Sequence record: OP380601.1
Direction: 5' to 3' (one strand)
DNA: 64,000 nt
In this document: positions 15,475-24,968 of the stretch, one piece after another
Numbering within the stretch: position 1 is the stretch's first letter
Layout: each line of letters opens with the position of its first letter
Notes under the pieces: model-generated
What the model saw: only the letters and a program-made list of their open reading frames with translations
Database searches by the model: none
What the model was told of the DNA's origin: nothing
Translations under genes and position numbers: made by a program

Positions 15475-15650
15475 TTATTACCCTCGTTCGCCGCTTCTTT
15501 TAGTTCATTCAAATATAGATGAACATATATACCAAATTCGAACGGAGTCATTTCTTCAAGATCGGAATGACTCCATCCATCTTTTCGTAACTTATAAACT
15601 GTATTAAAGTGGTCGAATATTGTATTATTAACGAGGGTTAAGCGAAAAAA
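15471..15650 (-). CDS. gp51: gp51-like tail assembly chaperone C-domain; no start codon, predicted to be reached by -1 frameshift from gp26
   Basis: FFRLTLVNNTIFDHFNTVYKLRKDGWSHSDLEEMTPFEFGIYVHLYLNELKEAANEGNK resembles the T4 gp51 C-terminus; TGA overlaps the gp29 ATG. Confidence 0.7.
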   Translation of the reverse strand, partial: FFRLTLVNNTIFDHFNTVYKLRKDGWSHSDLEEMTPFEFGIYVHLYLNELKEAANEGNK

Positions 15651-16417
15651 CTAGCTACCCCCGTAAGAGTTACGATCTCTTCATGCCCACATTTTTTACA
15701 GCGTACTGGTATATTTAGGGAATGTTGAGGGATACCGGTAACAAAACTACTCATTTTAATGATAGCCTTATCATCTACATATTCCATTATCTCCCCTACA
15801 TCCTCATAAGGAAGGTCAATACCGGGTTTTACTATATCATTACCCATATGAACTTCATCGATACAACGAACGATAAGATTAAAAAGGTCGGATTCCTTCT
15901 GTACGTTGAAATATTCCATCTCACTAATATTTGGATATCTCATAAATACTATAAGATCATCGTTAAGAACTATTTTTCTATCAGGAGCTTCAGTAAGTCT
16001 AGAGCTATTCAAGTTTATATTAACTTTAATCTCGTTCCCACACTTAGCAATTTCACCATATTGGTCATAGGTAACATTACCTTCTTCATCTAAAATCTCG
16101 TTTGCACAAGTAAACATAGCTGGAATGATTGGAGAAGCTTTAGAAAGCTTATATAACGCCAAATATATAGATTCGAGATCGAATATAGGAAGTGTTTCAA
16201 CATCGATATCTTTGGTTAGAACACAGTTTTTAACTATTTGAATAATAGCTTCTTCAATACCTACACCAGCTTCGTTTGCTAACATTAGAAGTTTCATTTC
16301 TTTCATTACGAAAGCTCTAATAAGAATCTCTCTACCATCAGATAAAGTTAGTTTAGTCTGTTGTACAGTTTTTTGAATGGCTGCAAGTAAAACACTTTTA
16401 TCAATTTTAGTTGTCAT
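15638..16417 (-). CDS. gp26: baseplate hub assembly protein; likely start MTTKID at 16417
   Basis: IRAFVMKE, FMRYP, IPVRCKKCG...GVASFF as in T4 gp26; late promoter at 16450-16456. Confidence 0.85.
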   Translation of the reverse strand: MTTKIDKSVLLAAIQKTVQQTKLTLSDGREILIRAFVMKEMKLLMLANEAGVGIEEAIIQIVKNCVLTKDIDVETLPIFDLESIYLALYKLSKASPIIPAMFTCANEILDEEGNVTYDQYGEIAKCGNEIKVNINLNSSRLTEAPDRKIVLNDDLIVFMRYPNISEMEYFNVQKESDLFNLIVRCIDEVHMGNDIVKPGIDLPYEDVGEIMEYVDDKAIIKMSSFVTGIPQHSLNIPVRCKKCGHEEIVTLTGVASFFA

Positions 16418-16492
16418 TTTTAATAATTCCTGTTTAAATGGTCTAAACGTATTTAGGCATTGTATCATACTGATCAGATCCTCATGAACTTT

Positions 16493-16696
16493 TAGTTTCA
16501 ATTGAAATCAAATTATAAAGTTCTATAATATATTAATAGAGACTTTACACTTAGAATAAAATCGATATCGCCTCTGGCGCGGGCAAAGCCCGATACTAGT
16601 TTTACAAATGATAAAGATTGTCATTTAGACCTTTCAAATTATAAAGTTCTATAATATATTAATAGAAACTTTATAATTTGATTTCAATTGAAACTA
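16493..16696. repeat. 204-bp AT-rich element with perfect 30-bp terminal inverted repeats and two palindromic cores
   Basis: TAGTTTCAATTGAAATCAAATTATAAAGTT at 16493-16522 is the exact reverse complement of 16667-16696. Confidence 0.85.
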
Positions 16697-16800
16697 ACCT
16701 GTAGGACTGCGTATAAGGAACCTTTGCCAGATTAGGGGGAACCATACTGATCTAAACTACAAATCGTTCTGGCGAGTCTTTGGGTGTATTGAAAGAAACA

Positions 16801-16830
16801 AAAAAGCCTGCTTCGTTAGAAACAGGCTTT
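16801..16830. terminator. intrinsic terminator after gene 54
   Basis: AAAAGCCTG/CAGGCTTTT. Confidence 0.7.
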
Positions 16831-16833
16831 TAT

Positions 16834-17781
16834 CTATCGGATTGCTTTTAGAACTCCGGTAGTTCTTCTTACAATAGATTCAATCGAATCAATACCAGTT
16901 TCTTTACCTTCAGTTGGCATATGAACTGTGGTTGCAACTGCAAAAGTTACTGTAAACGTCGCTATTTGAGAATTGTTCTCAAAGTCAAGTTGAACCTCAC
17001 CAACCTCGATTGGAAAACATCCAGTATTATGTACTGTTGATCTTTTCACACCATGACGATCAAGGGTGATTATGTCTATTGGCTTTGCATATTGTTGGTA
17101 AAAACCAAATCTTCCGTTACTTGGGTTAACTATTGTATTTTGCCACGTTAGCATTAATGAACGTTCCTCATAACCGGGCGAGCAATAAAAAGTCATAGTC
17201 ATAGTCCCATAGTTTCGTCCCTTTACTTCGTGTCTAGGCAACTTATCTATTCGGTTAATCGTGGTTTCCAATGTAGAACTAGGAAGTCCAACACTCTTAA
17301 CCATTAACGCCAAGTCTTTATTTACATCGTAATCAGTTCCTAAGAAACCATCCAATATATCTCCGGCTCCAGGAATGATTTTAATAAGAGATGGATCCCA
17401 AGCACCAAATATCTTTTTCATACTTGGAGTAAGAACTTTATGGGCTTCCCCTAAAGCCATATCTTGTATCCTATGCCAAGTATACGAACTTCCAGAAAAC
17501 AATCCACCATTAACGTCAGGACTATTTGTATCTGGAAATATAGGTAAATCCATATTAAAAACCCCGTCATTATATAACGTAGATCTAAAATCTTCAAATC
17601 TAACAATAAACATATTGGCTCTTGCTAGATCTGAGTTTTCTACCTTTCTCATAAATCTAGTTAAATCGGGGATTTCGTTAGAATCCCCCTCATCAAGAAA
17701 ATTATTTATTGTATCTTCGCCAAATCCAATAGCACTATTTATCATGCTGTCGATTGACGGTATCGGTGGTATTAATGACAT
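16834..17781 (-). CDS. gp54: baseplate tail tube initiator
   Basis: DLARANMFIVRF, LALMVKSVGLP, FPIEVGEVQLDFENNSQIATFTVTFA. Confidence 0.9.
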   Translation of the reverse strand: MSLIPPIPSIDSMINSAIGFGEDTINNFLDEGDSNEIPDLTRFMRKVENSDLARANMFIVRFEDFRSTLYNDGVFNMDLPIFPDTNSPDVNGGLFSGSSYTWHRIQDMALGEAHKVLTPSMKKIFGAWDPSLIKIIPGAGDILDGFLGTDYDVNKDLALMVKSVGLPSSTLETTINRIDKLPRHEVKGRNYGTMTMTFYCSPGYEERSLMLTWQNTIVNPSNGRFGFYQQYAKPIDIITLDRHGVKRSTVHNTGCFPIEVGEVQLDFENNSQIATFTVTFAVATTVHMPTEGKETGIDSIESIVRRTTGVLKAIR

Positions 17782-18776
17782 TAGTATGAACTCCAAACTT
17801 TATTAGTATTGAAGGTCTTAGATTCGGGGCCAGTAACAAAGCGTTGTGTTGGAAGATTAATAACAGAACTCCAATCCTGCGGTTTAATTTCCATAAACGG
17901 CCCTCTTACATGATTAGGCAAATATGCTTTGATCATATGGTCTGCACCCTTCATTCCTCGAACCTTTCCCCAATTTATATTTAGGGATGTTCTGTTAGTA
18001 ATTCGTTCTGTAGTTGCATGTTTAAGAAGTTCTTCCATAAATTCTTTACGGGCTTTCACTGGAATATAATGTAGGTTAAGACCCATCATCATACCCTTAT
18101 GTTTACGACTTTCACCCAAGTATACAATTAGTGGAAACTTATCCCAATATGGTAACGTTGCTTTATGTTTTGCATCATACGCAAATGTATATAGTCTCCC
18201 TGCTACCGGTTTGGTTACCTTATGACCACGAACATTTTTCTTTATGAATCCACTAAACCACTCTATAGATTTTCTTTCAGATTTTTGAGGTTCTTTCTCA
18301 AACTGTCTAACCTTACTTCTAAAGTCTTGTAATAATAGTTGATATTTCTCGCCACTAGTCAATTTTTTATTTGATAGTTTTGCATCTTTTAACTTCTTAG
18401 CAAGGATTATATCGTTTTTGAATCTTCGGAATGCCCGTTCTGCGGTTTCTTTGTTAAGCCCACTACGTTCAATATATTCTTTCTGGGTTATGCCAGATTT
18501 TTCTTTCTTAGTAAGATAATCTAACCCAAGTTCAACCCATTGTTCTTTGGTCTTGTTTGGATTGGTAAGAGAGTAATATTTTTTAATATCGTCTCTATAT
18601 CGTCTCATAGCACGGCTAAAAGTCTCATAGTTCAATCCTTTCTCTTCTGCATACTTCTTGGCAGTAATACCGGATTTTTTACGAGTTTCCATATAGTCTG
18701 AACCTATTCCGATCCAGTCTCGTTTTCTTCTTTTCTCTGCGGGAGTTTCTTCCCTTTCATTAAGTTCAAAAATCAT
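17781..18776 (-). CDS. gp2: DNA end protector protein
   Basis: GRLYTFAYDAKHKATLPYWDKFPLIVYLG...GLNLHYIP. Confidence 0.95.
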   Translation of the reverse strand: MIFELNEREETPAEKRRKRDWIGIGSDYMETRKKSGITAKKYAEEKGLNYETFSRAMRRYRDDIKKYYSLTNPNKTKEQWVELGLDYLTKKEKSGITQKEYIERSGLNKETAERAFRRFKNDIILAKKLKDAKLSNKKLTSGEKYQLLLQDFRSKVRQFEKEPQKSERKSIEWFSGFIKKNVRGHKVTKPVAGRLYTFAYDAKHKATLPYWDKFPLIVYLGESRKHKGMMMGLNLHYIPVKARKEFMEELLKHATTERITNRTSLNINWGKVRGMKGADHMIKAYLPNHVRGPFMEIKPQDWSSVINLPTQRFVTGPESKTFNTNKVWSSY

Positions 18777-19435
18777 TATAATTTCCTCATTTTACAATTA
18801 TCAAAATGGTGTCTAACCATGGGAGATTTTGCACCAACTTTCCCACAATGAGGACATGTAACCTTTGGGTTACTCTTTAACTTCTCTGATATCAATTTTC
18901 TACATTTTTCTGTATGTACTATACCAGACATATATTCTTTTGCTGCATTTATTTGGTTTATATGTCCTGACTTACCTAATCTGGATTGTCGGATCTTTTC
19001 CTTTACTTCTGGTGTATGTGTTTTCCCGTAAAAATGATTTTTATCACCATTAACATCTCTTTTACGTTGAGCCAAACGCATTTTATCTAAAGTTTCTTTA
19101 GATATTTTACGATGTTTCATTCTATTTGATGTTTCTTTAGAATATTTTTCTCTCAACCAACCAAATAATTTATTATTTGATCTTCGTTCGTCATTACATA
19201 AAACTGCCATACATCTCGCTGCATAAATTATTTTACCCTCATTTGGGTATATCTTAACTAACAATTGATGAGCGAGATAATGTTCTTCTGGTGTTAATAT
19301 TGCTATATTACTTTTATCGTCAGAACCTCCCATACATTTTGGTACAATATGATGTTTCTCTTTATATTGTTCTTTTGGAATGATTCTATTAAATGACCTA
19401 TTTATTAGGTCATCGTATATTTTATGATAGTTCAT
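18776..19435 (-). mobile_element. free-standing HNH homing endonuclease (NUMOD3-type repeats, C-terminal CPHC)
   Basis: EKHHIVPKCMGGSDDKSN...LTPEEHYLAH; NHFYGKTHTPEVKEKIRQSRLGK. Confidence 0.9.
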
Positions 19436-19902
19436 TTCTTCAATCCTTTAAAGCCCATTTTCTTTAGAGCGATTTCAGTTATTATATTGAATTTCCATCC
19501 CTTCTTTTCACATAATGCGACTGTGGTTTTCCACTTATCATTATTTACTGCCCAAGTATATTGAGCATGTATGTATGCATTTTTAGCTTTCAATGTATTT
19601 CTTTTTGGTGGTACTGGGGGATAACATTCGTGTGCGGGCTTTACTTCCCAAAGCGATACGCTACCATCAATCCATTGTATATACATGTCCATAAAATACC
19701 GTCTTTTCTTTCCATCCGCATTTGAGAAGTAAGGTATAACGAGACATTCACTGTTCCAATATTTAACATCGGGATGGTTATCTAGAAGTTCCATAATGTA
19801 TTTTTCCCAAGAACTCCTATAGGTTACTTTTCTATGGTCCCCTTTATATTTTTCTGGATTCTTTACAAAGTATTGACCCTTATGAGATTTATTTCCAGCC
19901 AT
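19432..19902 (-). CDS. gp4: head completion nuclease
   Basis: KNPEKYKGD...YRSSWE...WNSE...RYFMD...EVKP. Confidence 0.95.
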   Translation of the reverse strand: MAGNKSHKGQYFVKNPEKYKGDHRKVTYRSSWEKYIMELLDNHPDVKYWNSECLVIPYFSNADGKKRRYFMDMYIQWIDGSVSLWEVKPAHECYPPVPPKRNTLKAKNAYIHAQYTWAVNNDKWKTTVALCEKKGWKFNIITEIALKKMGFKGLKK

Positions 19903-19927
19903 TATGAATTACTCCATCTTTTACTTA

Positions 19928-19950
19928 TATTTAGGGAAGCACCCTAAATA
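19928..19950. promoter_or_regulatory. back-to-back divergent late promoters (CTAAATA) for gene 4 and gene 48
   Basis: TATTTAGGG-AAGCA-CCCTAAATA. Confidence 0.75.
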
Positions 19951-19976
19951 AATATAAATGACAGAGGTATACAACA

Positions 19977-21047
19977 ATGAAGGTTAATATAGTAAGTAAA
20001 GCCAATACCAGCAAAAAATCAAAACCATTATTTGGTAATGGTGGAGTGAAGGCGGAAGGAGCCGAACTAATTCTTGAAAACACAGATATGAAGCAAAAAG
20101 GTATATCCGCTTTGCAATATCCGTTAACAATGAAAGGGTCTGATAATAAACACGCATCTTATCTGGTATTTTATGCGGTTAAACCTACAACCGGTGGATT
20201 GAGTAATAACAATATAAACGAACGTTCTTTGAACTCAGTAAAAGGTTCTTTTAATGAAGAAACTTTAGCCGTCATTCAATTATATATGCCTAATATGAAC
20301 GAAAATATAAGTCATACATATGACTCAAATGATGGCGGGTTCATGCAAGATCTTCTAATGAATTATGCATCTTCCGGTAAATCTAACGATGATCTTATGG
20401 ATGTTGCTAAAAATGCATTATCTGCAACCGCAACAACTGCTGTACAAAAACTAATCGTTGAAGCTGGCGGATTGACTCAACGATTTAACTCTCAAGTTAC
20501 CGGAAACATATTAGGGGACCGTTCCGCACAGATGTATAAAGGAACTGGCGTTAGACAGCAAAACTTTATGTTTCAGTTTAGACCTAGATCTATGGCAGAA
20601 CTTAAAGAAGTTGGGCAGATCATAAAAACTTTCATGATTTATAGTTCTGCCGAAAATCGTGGGGCGGTTAGTATGAAAGATTTGGGAATCCCTACAGATT
20701 CTCAGCTTGGTGCTGGTGCTGGGTATACATCACTGGCTGTTCCCCCATTGTGGTTCATTGAGGAACGAGTAAACCAAGAGGGAACTAACAAAATACGATT
20801 CACTCCTAAGTTTGCTATGGGTCCAGCCGGTATAACCAATATTAGGATAAATAAAACTCCTGACCAGTTATATGATACGTTCGCATCAACCGCTGCGGAT
20901 TCGGTAGCAATTGATTTTGAAATTACAGTTTCTGAATTGCGTCCAGTATATCGCGATTACTGGGAACAACTTACCAAAGGTCTTGGTACACCGGATACCG
21001 GAGAATTCTTCTTTGGTTCTTATGGCTCAAATAAAGGTGATAAATAA
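19977..21047 (+). CDS. gp48: baseplate tail tube cap
   Basis: LQYP..., IQLYMP, QMYKGTGVRQQNFMFQFRPRS. Confidence 0.85.
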   Translation: MKVNIVSKANTSKKSKPLFGNGGVKAEGAELILENTDMKQKGISALQYPLTMKGSDNKHASYLVFYAVKPTTGGLSNNNINERSLNSVKGSFNEETLAVIQLYMPNMNENISHTYDSNDGGFMQDLLMNYASSGKSNDDLMDVAKNALSATATTAVQKLIVEAGGLTQRFNSQVTGNILGDRSAQMYKGTGVRQQNFMFQFRPRSMAELKEVGQIIKTFMIYSSAENRGAVSMKDLGIPTDSQLGAGAGYTSLAVPPLWFIEERVNQEGTNKIRFTPKFAMGPAGITNIRINKTPDQLYDTFASTAADSVAIDFEITVSELRPVYRDYWEQLTKGLGTPDTGEFFFGSYGSNKGDK

Positions 21048-21610
21048 TGCTTTTTAATTACTTTCCACCAATAATGTATAACGGGGCTCCTACAGCAAAT
21101 ATATTTAAACCTCATGGGGATTATTTTGCTGATATAATTAGTAGATTTGTTGTTAGAAAATATATTCTATCAGGATCTCCTAGACCCGAACAGGTATCTT
21201 ACGATATATACGGAGATACCAAATATTACTGGATATTACTAATGTTGAATGATGTATATGATCCATTTTATGATTGGATATGTCCTGAAGAAGTGGTACA
21301 TCAATATACAATAAAGAAATACCAGAATTTAGATGAAAAAGAGGGTACAGTTCTTTATCACGTTGATGATGAAGGCGAAATGTATTTTAGAATGACAGAA
21401 TATCCGATTCAGTCTGAGGTATGGTATGATATAGGTGATACCATGCATTTGTATCCTCAACATGTAGGTACTTTGGTTCCAGTAACTGCTATAGAACACG
21501 AATTAGCTGTTAACGAATCCAGAAGAACTATTAACGTATTAAATCCAACAGATCTAGGTCGGTTTATGGATGAATACACAAGAATGATGGAGAAGATCCG
21601 TGGGAATTAG
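21047..21610 (+). CDS. gp53: baseplate wedge subunit
   Basis: RPEQVSYDIYGDTKYYWILLMLNDVYDPFYDW (LysM-like). Confidence 0.95.
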   Translation: MLFNYFPPIMYNGAPTANIFKPHGDYFADIISRFVVRKYILSGSPRPEQVSYDIYGDTKYYWILLMLNDVYDPFYDWICPEEVVHQYTIKKYQNLDEKEGTVLYHVDDEGEMYFRMTEYPIQSEVWYDIGDTMHLYPQHVGTLVPVTAIEHELAVNESRRTINVLNPTDLGRFMDEYTRMMEKIRGN

Positions 21611-22847
21611 TCGCCGTAGTTCAGTTGCATATGAAAACTTTACTATAGACCGAATTGCTTTTGTTCAAGGTAACGATCCTACCGGCTTGGATATATCAGA
21701 AATATTCAAGTCTGTTAGTATTACCGAAGGAATTACACAAGGTTTATTGAAAGGTTCTATGGATTTTGTTGATTCCATGAACCTTATAAATACAATAAAC
21801 CCCCGAGGTGATGAAAAAATACAAATAAGCTTTAGGTCTGTTCATTTAAATGGGGAAGAAGCAAAAACATATTCCAAAATGTTTAAAATATTGAGGTATG
21901 AAGATATAACTTCTCCAAATACTCAGATAAAGAAATATGTTAGAATGTATTTCCAGTCAGAAGAAGAAATGAACAATGAATATAGAAAAGTAAGTAAAAG
22001 TTATTTAAATACATCTATTCATTCTATAATCAAAGATATGCTAAATTTGATAGGATTTAAAGATGATTATATTTTTATCGAAAAAACACTATATAACAGA
22101 GACATAGTTATTCCTAATCTAACTCCCCTGTCTGTTATTAATCACTTAGCACAAAACGCACAATCATCCGAACCAAATGCTAAAGGTGATAGTAATTTTT
22201 ATTTTTACGAAGATATAAATGGAGTTAATTTTAAAAGTGGTTCTACTTTGATGTTAGAAGAACCAAAAGTCGATCTTACTTTTGAAGCTACTCATGATAT
22301 ATCCATGTACAATAAAATAATAAAATTGCAGAGAGTTAAAGGATATAATCTTGCGGAACAATATAGGTCTGGTGGCTTGGGTGTAGATGTTCATTCAATG
22401 AGTATAACAAACAAGTCTTATAAAAGTAATTATCAAGACTATTATGGTATTAAGCAAATATATCCTAAATTGAATCCTGAGCCTTGGTTTGGTGGAGAAA
22501 TAACACCAGAAAGAAATACGTGTGTTATTCTTTCCAATGAAGATCAAATGTATAAGTATATAAACATAGGATCTAATGGAAACTCTATAGGTATTAGAAC
22601 AACTAATAGATCTTCCCTGAATGCTAAACGTATGTTGATCCAGATTCCAGGCAATACAGACCTGTCTTGTGGAAACATCGTAAATATAATAGCGGGGGAT
22701 ACCAACGGGGACTTAACTTCAAAAGATGCTGGACATTGGTTAGTTAATTCGTTAACCCATACATTAACCCGTGAAACATATTTTATAAGCGCAGAATTAA
22801 TTTCAGATTCGGATATTCGGGGAAAGGAGAGAAAAAATGATCAGTGA
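21600..22847 (+). CDS. gp27: baseplate hub protein (gp27-like)
   Basis: 415 aa between genes 53 and 5; FYFYEDINGVNFKS; GHWLVNSLTH. Confidence 0.7.
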   Translation: MGISRRSSVAYENFTIDRIAFVQGNDPTGLDISEIFKSVSITEGITQGLLKGSMDFVDSMNLINTINPRGDEKIQISFRSVHLNGEEAKTYSKMFKILRYEDITSPNTQIKKYVRMYFQSEEEMNNEYRKVSKSYLNTSIHSIIKDMLNLIGFKDDYIFIEKTLYNRDIVIPNLTPLSVINHLAQNAQSSEPNAKGDSNFYFYEDINGVNFKSGSTLMLEEPKVDLTFEATHDISMYNKIIKLQRVKGYNLAEQYRSGGLGVDVHSMSITNKSYKSNYQDYYGIKQIYPKLNPEPWFGGEITPERNTCVILSNEDQMYKYINIGSNGNSIGIRTTNRSSLNAKRMLIQIPGNTDLSCGNIVNIIAGDTNGDLTSKDAGHWLVNSLTHTLTRETYFISAELISDSDIRGKERKNDQ

Positions 22848-24672
22848 ATTTTTCTATGGGGTGGTTGAGGATCGGTTTGATCCTCTTCACCAAGGAAGAT
22901 ATAGAGTTCGAGTATTCGGTATACATACGGACCAAAAATCAAAAAGTGATTTGGTGGGTATACCTACTGAAGAACTCTTATGGTTCCATGCTGCCACATC
23001 AACTGATTCTGCATCGATTTCAGGTATAGGGAATAGCCCAACTAACCTTATTGAAGGTTCTTGGGTTATGGGGGTGTTTAGAGACGCATTTCGTCAAGAC
23101 GGATTGATACTGTTTAGTATCCCCGGTTCATATACGGAACAACCTAATACGTTGAGAGGGTTTTGTGATCCTTTTGGTAGATTTCCTAGATATGTCGGAA
23201 ATGATGTTAATATCCTTGCCGGTGGTGGACAGAAGGGTAATAGTATATATGGATCTTCTCCACCGGTATATGACGGAAAACCTATCGGCGTATATACTCA
23301 GGACGAAAATACAACTAATGCAGTTGCACCGGATGATAGAGATATCGCTGATGTAAAACCTGACGATGATCCAGATTTCACAATAGAGAAAATGCTTAAG
23401 GGTGATGAAGGTGTTAGAAATGACGTATATTGGGATCATCTTGGATATCCTACCGTAGGTATTGGTCATTTAATAGTTTTTGAAAAAACCCGAGATATGG
23501 GTAAAATAAATTCTATATTGTCCCAACAATTAGGAAGAAAAGTTAACGGGGTTATTACTGCCGAGGAAGTATCTACTTTATTTGAGAGTGATATTAATAA
23601 AACTCGGGCTGATATGTTGAGATTTGAAAACATACGGAGTGTGTATATAAAAGTAAACCGTTCTCGTCAAATGGCTCTTGAAAATATGGCGTTCCAAATG
23701 GGGGCGGGTGGACTTTCTAAGTTTAGAACTACATTAGATCATATGTATAATGAACGTTGGAAAGAAGCTCAACAGGGTATGTTAGACTCTCTGTGGGCAA
23801 AACAAACACCGGGTCGCGCAAATCGGGTCGCTAGAATCGTATTGACAGGAAACTTAGAATCTTATGGGGTTATGGTCAAAGAAGATGATCCAATTCCGCC
23901 CGCGCCACTTTCTCTAATGAGAATGGGAAGAACTATGGTGTTTTCTGCATCTCCATTGATAGAAGAACCCGACCCTGATGATCCGTCAGTTCCACCGGTT
24001 CCTAGAGATGATGGATTACTATTTGAAGAACCTAAAAGTGCTTATAATGCACAATATCCATATAACCATGTATACGAATCTGAGAGTGGTCATGTTCAAG
24101 AATTTGACGATACTCCCGGCGCAGAACGTTATCATTTGAAACATCCATCAGGAACTTTTTTAGAGGTTTCTGGTGATGGTCGTCAATTAAATAAAGTATA
24201 TGGTGATGATTTTACTATTGACATGGCTAATAAAATGGTCAACGTCAAGGGGGATTATCAAGTTGTGGTTGAAGGTAATGCAACGGTATACGTTATGGGT
24301 AACTGCTTACAACAGGTGGATGGTAATCTAACTCAGGTTGTCAAAGGAAACGTGTCTGAGACGATACATGGGGACGTTGACCAGACAATCAAGGGCAATG
24401 CCAAGCAAACCATAAACGGTAGCTTAGAATCGCGTACAGACGTTGATGTTACTATGTCTGTTGGTGGAAATGTGGTTAGTGAAATAGAAGGTAATTTGAC
24501 TGCTACTGTTCAAGGTAATTGTAATCAAAATGTTGAGGGTGATATGTCTTTAAACGTGTTGGGTGATTACGATGTTACTGTGGCAGGTAGTTACAAATCA
24601 CAGGCTTCACAATCGCTTATTACTTCTCAGGGTACAACTGAAATTAGTGGTGCAACTGTTAGTATTAACTAA
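22837..24672 (+). CDS. gp5: baseplate hub spike and tail lysozyme
   Basis: FFYGVVEDRFDP OB-fold, DEGVRNDVYWDHLGYPTVGIGH T4-lysozyme domain, YPYNHVYESESGH, VxGN beta-helix repeats. Confidence 0.97.
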   Translation: MISEFFYGVVEDRFDPLHQGRYRVRVFGIHTDQKSKSDLVGIPTEELLWFHAATSTDSASISGIGNSPTNLIEGSWVMGVFRDAFRQDGLILFSIPGSYTEQPNTLRGFCDPFGRFPRYVGNDVNILAGGGQKGNSIYGSSPPVYDGKPIGVYTQDENTTNAVAPDDRDIADVKPDDDPDFTIEKMLKGDEGVRNDVYWDHLGYPTVGIGHLIVFEKTRDMGKINSILSQQLGRKVNGVITAEEVSTLFESDINKTRADMLRFENIRSVYIKVNRSRQMALENMAFQMGAGGLSKFRTTLDHMYNERWKEAQQGMLDSLWAKQTPGRANRVARIVLTGNLESYGVMVKEDDPIPPAPLSLMRMGRTMVFSASPLIEEPDPDDPSVPPVPRDDGLLFEEPKSAYNAQYPYNHVYESESGHVQEFDDTPGAERYHLKHPSGTFLEVSGDGRQLNKVYGDDFTIDMANKMVNVKGDYQVVVEGNATVYVMGNCLQQVDGNLTQVVKGNVSETIHGDVDQTIKGNAKQTINGSLESRTDVDVTMSVGGNVVSEIEGNLTATVQGNCNQNVEGDMSLNVLGDYDVTVAGSYKSQASQSLITSQGTTEISGATVSIN

Positions 24673-24674
24673 TG

Positions 24675-24704
24675 AAAAAGGGATCCCAAATCGGGATCCC
24701 TTTT
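24675..24704. terminator. bidirectional terminator
   Basis: AAAAAGGGATCCC/GGGATCCCTTTT between convergent genes. Confidence 0.75.
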
Positions 24705-24707
24705 GTT

Positions 24708-24968
24708 TTAAATATCTTGTGCTATTTGATGGATATATTCGGATAAAGCGTCCTTTTCAAGACCCCACACAAAGGTTTGTTTTCCATTACCTATATCCAT
24801 ATCATAAGGACAGTAATCCCAGTAGATGGTTTCTTTCATTTTTACTTCCATCAACAAATCTTCATCTTCCACTTTATCAAAGTCTTTAATGAAGTTTTTC
24901 AGTTCTCTTCGCACTCGGAAGTTTTTAACTTGATGATCATCTTTACTTCCAATATATACTAATTTCAT
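24708..24968 (-). CDS. hypothetical protein antisense to the baseplate operon
   Basis: 86-aa ORF, start overlaps the upstream stop. Confidence 0.6.
   Translation of the reverse strand: MKLVYIGSKDDHQVKNFRVRRELKNFIKDFDKVEDEDLLMEVKMKETIYWDYCPYDMDIGNGKQTFVWGLEKDALSEYIHQIAQDI

Noticed and set aside
16418-16501. N-terminal extension of gp26 in the ORF track (MKLKVHEDL...)
   Set aside because: Starts at a non-ATG codon inside the inverted-repeat element, upstream of the late promoter; SD plus ATG at 16417 is better
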